The notes under the pieces were generated by a model. That model saw nothing but the letters and a program-made list of their open reading frames with translations. It did no database searches and had not been told where the DNA came from. A stretch of 63,590 nt of DNA, filler included, from Octopus bimaculoides (lineage: Eukaryota): assembly GCF_001194135.2 (NCBI RefSeq). It is 6 parts of 5 records of this genome, joined end to end, with 100 filler letters (N's around TTAATTAATTAA, not from the genome) between each part and the next. Parts side by side here need not be neighbours in the genome. Positions count along the whole stretch, not along the records: positions 47,472 to 57,474 come from NC_068988.1; positions 57,575 to 63,590 come from NC_068986.1; 4 more parts are not named here. One strand, given 5' to 3'. Of the stretch, positions 55,201 through 63,590 are shown one piece after another. The translations under genes and the position numbers were made by a program. The number at the start of each line of letters is the position of its first letter. The first letter of the stretch is position 1.

Positions 55201-57290
55201 CATCGCAGATTGTGTTAAAATCACCTAACAACCCTAAAGTGTGCGACGTTCCTAGAAAATTCTCTAGGCTTCTGAAATAGTCAGACTGCCCTGCTCCACA
55301 AGGAGCATAAATAGCCACCAACCTGAAGGACTTACCGCTGCGTGCGTCAGGTCAAGGACCACCAACCTGCCCTCTGAGTCTACAAAGACAGTTCTTACCT
55401 TTAAATCCAGATTTTTCCTGAGCAGAACTGCAACTCCTCCTCCCACTCCAGGTTGGGTTGGAAAAATAAATTTCTCGTAACCATTTAGGAGGGGTGAAAA
55501 AGCCTGCAGTCCACTTGTTTCAGTAGTAACTACTAAATCCTATCTATGTGACCTGAGATCGTCAAGGAGGCAGCTTTGCCTCCAATCCGACCCCAGGCCG
55601 CGTACAGTTATACAACCTAAGTTGAGCGAGAACATGGAGTAATCTTACCTTTAGAGGAGGGAAGGCGGTACTCCCTCCTCATCCAGTTCTTCAGATCGTG
55701 TGGTTTGTGCGGAACTCTTTATGAATTGTCTATATAATTGGGATGAAAAATTACTTTGTAAGGGTCCAACATCCTCAGGGAATGATTTTTGGTTATGCTG
55801 TAATTTATACTGTCAATGATGAAAAAATGAACATGAGGAGGGATACTTGGGTTTTGAGGTTTGTTAAATGGTTTTACTGTTGTAATTTTTTTCTATTTGT
55901 TTTTTAAATCTATGTTTTTAACGTTAATGGCTGTAATGTCTATACATGATTTTCGGATGATGGGTGGGGAGTTTGGTAGTCTTGTGTGTATGTGGTGGTG
56001 GGGGCATGTGTGCTTATGGTTGGTGTATTAGCGTCCATGTGTTGGGAGGGGGTTCTTCCTTTTTCTTCTTTTTTTATTTTGGGCGGCGACAATAGTCCAA
56101 TGTATATCTTCCTGTAATGTTTCGACTCCTGTTTCTTTTCTTTTAACTGTTGTCGGGTCTTCTGTAGGCTCCTGCTCTCTGCATTTTCCTCGGTTTCGGG
56201 AGTAGTTTTCACGGGAGGTGGAGGTACCGAAGGAAGTTTCCGCGGGTGGTTGGGGTGCAGATGGTGGATTACATTCTGCCCTTATATGGCCTTTTGGCCA
56301 CACTTATAGCAACGAGGTTTCCGTCCTTCCACCATGACCCTTAAATTTATTTCTTCTTCGATTAATATGGAATCTGGAATCTCTTCTAGGTCAGCAGGGG
56401 CAGCTTGAATTATCATCTCTAACCCCTGCTCCTGCCAGTTCTGTTGATGAAATTTGGAGGCTTGGAGAATAGTGATTTTTACCTCCAAACCTGAAACCAG
56501 TGGTGCTACGAGCCAGGCAACATCAATCTCCGGTGGTATTTCTCCTAACTTTACCCTAGAAGTACGTCTAGAACCACCTCTTCAGACTTGAGTGATATCG
56601 TCGAATGTTGCCTGGCTTTTTCTTTGTTCTAAAAACGTACCTCCACCGTGCCATATCTCTTCCCCCTGACCATACAGGTGATGTCTTGCAATATGGGGCG
56701 TAAACATTTTTCTATGGCCTCTTTGGTGACCAAGTCAATTCTTTTGTTTTTAATAGAATATATTTTGAAGATTATAGTCTTCCTTTCGGTGGTGTGAGTG
56801 ACTTCGCTGGGAGGGACCACTTTTACATTGTGCCCCTCCTTTTGAAGGGGACCGTTGTACTTACCTAGTTCATTTTGTTCGATTTTTAAGTCTTCTTTGT
56901 TTACTCCAGCTACAGCTGCGATATTAGACATCTTTTTATCCTTATTTTTCTCAGAATTGTCGTTGGTTTTCTTTGTCGTATTTTCCGTTTGGTCTGCTGG
57001 CGCAGGCGAGGTCATTGTCATTGTTTCTAATAATTTCCATAATATAAGTCGGAGGAGGATTCACTCTTTTTGCGAATAAAAATGAGACACAAAAAATATT
57101 AAATTTCGCCCTTCAAACAAGGGGGAAACGTAAAGCAAATCTGCTACAACGCAGACAAAAAGTGATTCGGATAACTCAAAAGCAGGACAGTTCAACAAAT
57201 ACAAACCAACAACAATATAACAAATACCTTTAAACAGCAGTAGCAAAAAAAGACGTTTGATAACTACGTAGTAGGCGGTTTTAAACTGAA
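52245..57290 (-). mobile_element. Near full-length L1/Tx1-like LINE, frameshifted
   Basis: ORF1 with RYGTVEVRF and knuckle CYKCGQKGHIRAEC. APE endonuclease (AIYAP, LLGDFN, WTWTN, GYWKLNWSLL), RT (NFRLITL, LDQSKAFDRVDH, VRQGCPLSPLLY, ADDITI), C-terminal CSRC...HAIVQC. A-rich 3' end near 52250. Confidence 0.92.
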
Positions 57291-57411
57291 AATGCATGTT
57301 TTACTGGTTTCTTAAATAGTAAAAAAAATTTTATTACAAGTATACACACAAAAAAAATGCAGACATAAAAAAATGAAAATATATATTTTTATATATTGTC
57401 TTTTTTGTGTA

Positions 57412-57474
<63 letters not shown>

Positions 57475-58394
57475 NNNNNNNNNNNNNNNNNNNNNNNNNN
57501 NNNNNNNNNNNNNNNNNNTTAATTAATTAANNNNNNNNNNNNNNNNNNNNNNNNNNNNNNNNNNNNNNNNNNNNTCTCTCTTTCTCTCTTTCTCTCTCTG
57601 TGAAAGTATCTGTCATTACAGTATCGAAATGTGATTGTTTCAGTTAGTGGAATAGTTTCATTTTTAAAGTGAAAGTATTTGACATGAGTGTTTTTGTTTC
57701 ACTTTTGACACGTAATACTTAAATAGTGGAAGAGATATTATGTTGCCGTGTGCTCGAACTCTGCAAGAAGTTAAAATTTTTTTTGACTAAAACACAACTG
57801 GAACCCTAAGTAAGGCATGTGTAAAATTTGAATGAAATTGGTTGCGTAGTTCTCGAGTTTTAGGGATTCACACACACAGACATACAAACAGACAGACAGA
57901 CAGACATTCTCATTTTTATATATATAGATATTAATGCAATTGATAGTTGTCATTTCTCTGTGTAACTTCAGGTGAGTGAAAACTGTTAAATTGCTTTTAC
58001 AGTATTTCACTGCCTACTATATTCAAAGAAAGGTTGGAACAGCAACTGATATTGTTGTATTTAGCTCCAGACCAACACTGATTTGAGTAAATTTACCAAA
58101 ATCTTTCCAGCCAAGAATGTCCCAATTTTTTTCCAGGTTAATATATAGAAAGCTACATTATGCATTGTCTTTACTTCTTTAAGATGGTAGAGTGGTGTTT
58201 GATGGAAATTAAGCTGGTATTTCTAGCAGTTTGTTGGTGCAGGCATAGCTGTGTGGCAAGAAGTTTGCTTCTCTGCCACATGGTTTTGGATTCATGTATT
58301 GGGCAAAGGTTTTCTGCTATAGCCCCGGGTTTACCAAAGACTTATGTGTAGATTTGGTTGAGAGAAACTGAAACAAAGCCCATCATATGTATGG

Positions 58395-58446
<52 letters not shown>

Positions 58447-60459
58447 CTGTCCCCTTGCTTTGACATCACTTTATAGTTGCATACGTCATCCTGACACAAG
58501 TGATGTCCTTCATATCCATTAGAGAATAATACTTTACTTAGAAACAGGTGAGAGTTAGGCATGGAAAGGACATCCAGATGTAGAAAATCTGCCACAACAA
58601 ATTCCATCCCATGTGAATATAGAAAGGCGGATGCTAAATCAATGATGTTCAATGATGATGAGTAATCACTTTGAGGATTCCTCGTAACTAAAGTGGTTTG
58701 CATTATTTTTTGCAGTTTTTACGAGAAAGTTGTAGGAAAGCCTTCTGGGCTTGATGCAGTGTTGAGGTTAGTTGTTTTTCAATTGCAGCTATTACATCAG
58801 TTCAATGCCAATGATGTAATTGATGGCTACTATTTTTCTATGCACTATTGAAAAACTCCAGTAGCACAGTTGTTTAAATACAGCTTAGATGGACCAATAC
58901 CTTGTATGTGAAATTTGTTAGACAGAAACTGTAGGGAAGTCCTTTGTTTGTGTGTGTGTGTGTGTGATGATTGTAAACAAGCAGTCATTTTGCAGTCTTG
59001 TATTGGTGAAGGTTGGTGACCAGAAGAACATCTCACTGTAGAAAATCTGCTTGAACAAATTCTGTTTAATCCATACAGTATGGAAAAGTGGATATTAGCA
59101 ATGATGAAGAATATATATCATCATCATCATTTAATGTCCGTTGTCTATGCTAGTTTGGGTTTGACAGTGTAACCAGAGCTGGTAAGCTGTGTGTGTAGTG
59201 CGGGGGGGGGGGGTGCTGCACCAAGCTCTAGTCTGATTTGGCCTGGTTTCTACAGCTGGATACCTTTCCTAATACCAACCACTTTACAGAGTGTGCTGGA
59301 TGCTTTTCCATGGCACTGTAATATAAAACGAAACAAATATAGGCATGAAGATATTGATGTCACATTTATTATCTAATTATGATCATTCCAGTAACATATA
59401 ACACGGTTATATGTCATTTTACATGATGGAACATATACAAACAATGATTATGCAAATTCATGTGATATTAAAAGAAAACCCAAACCTGTCATTTCACTGT
59501 GATTTTGAAATAGGTAAATACATGTATGTTTATGTATACATGTGTAAATATGTGTGCATGCATGCATGCATGTTTGTCTCCATATATTTTTGCTTTGACA
59601 CTGTTTGGGCAGTGGTTACAAAGTTTCTCTCATAAGCAAAATATCTGACAGCTCAGCAGTTTGTGCAAAGATGTTGCATATGTCTTTACTTGAAAACAAG
59701 TTGATATCAGAAATGGCACCCAATAAGACTTGTCTAACACATGTTAGTATTAAAATGCAGGTGTTGAAACAGTGATTAACGATATAAGGACCTGCTGTGA
59801 GTGAACCAATTCTTTCAAACAATGATACTGTTTTAATAATGCACCAAAGCATTTCTTCTGCAAATCTGTACAATGCTGTTTTATTGTTTTCAGTTTGTAG
59901 GAACTGACATGGTTAACATATTCCCACCCTGTCCCACTACAACCATCATCATCTTCATAATTTTTCTGTCCCTTGATTTGATATTTCTTTGAACTTTGAC
60001 CTTTCTAACAACATATTAAATGAATGTTACTGGCATTGTTCACATAAATTGCTTCATCTTTATTCTTTTATCTCTTTTATTCTTTTATTAATGTCAGTCA
60101 TTGGACTGTGATCTTGAAGGGTCATCACCATCAAAAGTTTAGTCAATCACATTGACACCCCACCGCCTACTGATTTTATTGCTCTCTATTATACCTAGAA
60201 CTATCACCTGCTGGGCAATCATGCTACCTACTGATTACAGTGTCATTGTTTTGCATAGAAAAGAATTTGTACCGCTCTCAAACTGCAATTGTTTTACTTA
60301 ATTTCAGCAAACTTTCTAGAAATTGAGGTTTAAAAGAGTTTAATCACTTAAAAAAAAGAAAAAAAATTACGTAGGTCTTAAGATTCAGGGGCTTTGGTAT
60401 CCTACATCTTCAGTTCTACTATGTTTGAGTCAAGAAAAAAAAAAAAATTTTTTTTTCAT

Positions 60460-60852
60460 ATGCACAGGAGTGGCTGTGTGGTAAGTAGCTTGCTTACCAA
60501 CCACATGGCTCTGGGTTCAGTCCTACTGCGTGGCACCTTGGGCAAATGTCTTCCACTATAGCCTTGGGCCAACCAAAGCCTTGTGAGTGGATTTGGTAGA
60601 TGGAAACTGAAAGAAGCCCGTCGTATATATATATGTTTATATATTTGTGTTTGTGTTTGTCCCCCCAACATTGCTTGACAACCGATGCTGGTTTGCTTAC
60701 GTCCCTGTAACTTAGCGGTTCGGCAAAAGAGACTGATAGAATAAGTACTAGGCTTCTAAAGAATAAGTCCTGGGGTCGATTTGCTTGACTAAAGGCGGTG
60801 CTCCAGCATGTCCACAGTCAAAATGACTGAAACAAGTAAAAGAGTAAAGAGT
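60460..60852 (+). mobile_element. tRNA-derived SINE (octopus high-copy family)
   Basis: Head caggagtggctgtgtggtaag...gggttcagtcc. Tail ...gactgaaacaagtaaaagagtaaaagagta. Inverted copies occur elsewhere in the window. Confidence 0.8.
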
Positions 60853-61479
60853 ATTGGTTGAATGTATGTAGCAAAGTCTCTTAGATGGAGTGTTTTTACT
60901 CTAACTACAGATATCTGCAGTTTTAAAAGTTTAATTTTTGTTAGATCAATAGAGGCATCTATAAGGTGGCCATCCTGAGGTTTTTATTCTCTGTGGTCTT
61001 GTGCAGTGTAGCTGTAACTTCATGTCAGTGCATGTAACTTTGTATCAGTGCATGTAATTTCATGTCAGTACATATTCTAAATAAATACTGTACTATTCTG
61101 TGCTAATTTAAAAAAAGAAATGCGACTGTTGCTAGGTTTGCCCCTTTTGGGGGATTAAATTCCTTTTAAGTAATTTTACTTAGAGCTCCTGTCCCAGGCA
61201 TTCCATTATTGTTATTTTGAACCATGGTATTCATGAAGTTACTGAAACATACTTGTTCACAGGGTGAGCCTTTACAACCCAACCTATCTTTGACAAGGCT
61301 TGGAATAATCGTGGCAGTGTTTCATTATCTTATACTTTTTGCTATATCTGTAATCTTGTTTTAGATAGTATCTGTAAAGTAATTGAAGCTCTGTTGCTTC
61401 TATTATTGATTTAAGTTCTCTTTGACCTTTTCCCTGCTGGTACTGATGGTGGTGGTGGTGGTCGTTTGTTTGTTATTAA

Positions 61480-61960
61480 TGCTATCCCTTATGGCAGCAT
61501 TGATTTCCCTTTTGTTATTGGTGAATTTCTTTAAAACTATTTTCTTCTCTGCTTTCTCTATTTTTGTCATTGTCATTAGTAATGGTGGACGTAGTAGTGT
61601 TTGTATTGTTAGCTTCTTTGTTGACATCATCATCTTTCTTTGAGGTGGCATTGTCACTGTGATCTATCTATATGTGTATTTACTGAATTTATGTTAGTAG
61701 TTGCTGTAGTGACAATACCAGTCAGTATTTTGATAATGGTAGTTTTTCATAATACCATCCAATACCCAGTATATGGCTTAGCCATAACATATATGACCCA
61801 ACAAAATTTGTTTTCTTTCTTTGAATCTATTCCATGGAGCTTTGATATCCATAGGTCTTCAGGGCATCTCCTAAGTTTGTAAGCAGCAGATTGCTCCGAA
61901 ATAGCTTCTGCCTGGAGAAACAAATACAGTTTCTCAATTTGCCAGCTTTGTTTCATTGGT
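61480..61960 (-). mobile_element. Possible piggyBac transposase relic
   Basis: Minus-strand KKENKFCWVIYVMAKPYTGY resembles piggyBac KPxKFGxKxWxLxxxxTGY. Heavily degraded. Confidence 0.3.
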
Positions 61961-62572
61961 TAAAAGAAAAAAAAAAAGTACTTTTCTATTGGAATACACA
62001 TGCAAAGAAAATGAGCTGATATTAAGGATGGCTGGAGAAAGAAGCAAGGGAAAATTTTGCTTTTCAAATGAGAGGAAGAAAAAGCGAAAAGTAGTTTTTC
62101 TATGCAGAAGTGGGAGAAAAGACAACAAAAGTAAGACCATGGTGATATGTGGATTGACAGAGTAAAGTGCTATTATGCAAAAGTTTTGCAGTAATTAAGT
62201 ACTATTATTAACATTACAATTACTATACATAGTTATAATTTTATTTTGTCATTTAAGGATTTTATTTGTTTACTTAAAAGAATAGAAAAAATAAATTATC
62301 TTTTGAAATTCTGACTCAAAAACTTTTAAGGTCTCTTGAAAAGAAAAAAAACAAGCAAACAAAATTTCTCAGAAAATGTTTAAATGCAACTGTTAGTGTA
62401 TATAGAAGTGACATCAGTCCATCAGCAAGGTTTTATTGTATATGTTTTAGTATGATAGAAATTTATTGCAGAAAATAGATATTTTTCAATGGAAAATACC
62501 CCAGACTGTTGTAGTTTGTTACATACAGAAAGAAGATAAGCTCAACTTTGCTGAATGTCTTTTATTTATTAA

Positions 62573-63457
62573 CTAGCAGAAATACCCGGCGTTGCCCGGG
62601 TTAAAGAGAATAATGAAATCTAAAAACGCCGTCTAGACTACACAACCCTCAACTGTTAGTAGCTACGATACCATATTTCTACATTAATAACTCTCCAATC
62701 CATGCCAGCATGGAACATAGATATTAAGTGGAATGCTAGAAGAAAGTTTTCAACTCATATGTATATAAAGTAAATACACGTAATTCAGAAACACGTTTTG
62801 TGTATTTTATTTCATAACCAAACAAACAGGTACAGATTATAAATAATGAAAGGCCAATTTTGGTGATTCATTTGACAGAGGTAGTAGAGAGACNNNNNNN
62901 NNNNNNNNNNNNNNNNNNNNNNNNNNNNNNNNNNNNNNNNNNNNNNNNNNNNNNNNNNNNNNNNNNNNNNNNNNNNNNNNNNNNNNNNNNNNNNNNNNNN
63001 NNNNNNNNNNNNNNNNNNNNNNNNNNNNNNNNNNGAGACAATGCGATGATAAATCTGAGGTTGGATCTTGAAAGTTTGGATGAATGCTGCCTCAGTTAAA
63101 TCTCTTGTGCTTCCAAATGATGTCATCTGTAGTACAGCGTCTTATTGTGTAATTTTGTTTTGCAAATGTTAGGAATCTTGGTCAGTTGATGATAACAGTT
63201 TCTTCAATAGCTCTGGAGGTTGGGGATTGTGGAATTGTTGGGAATGTTTTTAACTTTGGTGTTATATGTATTGCTTGAATTTCTTTGACATATGAAATAT
63301 ATGTATTTTCACTGGGTTTGTAAAAGAGAGTTGTGTAGTTCTCGAGTTTTAGGAATTCACACAGACACACAGACACACAGACAGATAGACACACAGACAC
63401 ACAGACAGAAAGACAGACACACAGACAGACACACATTCTCATCTTTATATATAGAGA
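62573..63457 (-). mobile_element. Non-autonomous Helitron-like element
   Basis: Minus strand: A|TC start (tctctatatataaagatgagaatg...), subterminal hairpin cccgggcaacgccggg and CTAG|T end. A related 5' piece lies at ~57770-57930. Confidence 0.65.
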
Positions 63458-63590
63458 TATATATATACACACACACACGCACCCAAACACACGTATATAT
63501 ATGTATATCAATATAAATATATGAAAGTCAATGAAGTTTCGTAAAAGAAGGTGATCATGTACATACGTTCTTGCTGTTGTGATTATAACA

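Noticed and set aside
59901-59960. ELTWLTYSHPVPLQ as the missing last exon
   Set aside because: TY...LQ spacing is present, but the segment is proline-rich and polar, not a TM helix. It is 22 kb away across several scaffold joins.

Overview
AT-rich, microsatellite- and SINE-dense animal DNA. It is most likely from an octopus (inferred from the SINE families and repeat landscape) and comes from a gapped draft assembly. The main result is a + strand locus of the insect gustatory-receptor-like / 7TM ion channel (Grl/7TMIC) superfamily. Two paralogous, intact ~1 kb exons (19247-20248 and 31260-32270) each encode TM1-TM6 and end at an equivalent phase-0 donor (GTAAGT vs GCAAGT). Only one visible set of downstream exons follows them: 34060-34128 (IHDIVEDLYAMNFKGLSTETRMK) and 37813-37902 (LTLFLDRLNTTPSGISVGGFFVIKPSSVLT), both absent from the ORF track. 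This suggests variable N-terminal exons spliced onto shared pore-forming exons, as in Drosophila Gr28b/Gr39a, here in a mollusc. The last exon (TY...QF motif) was not found and may lie in a gap. The rest is transposon debris: several mariners, a Gypsy LTR element, a ~5 kb L1/Tx1-like LINE, Penelope RT and GIY-YIG fragments with hammerhead-like motifs, R4/Dong-type fragments, a Helitron-like element, SINEs and a ~410 bp fold-back. CpG content appears to drop outside the central block, and the changes coincide with artificial scaffold spacers.
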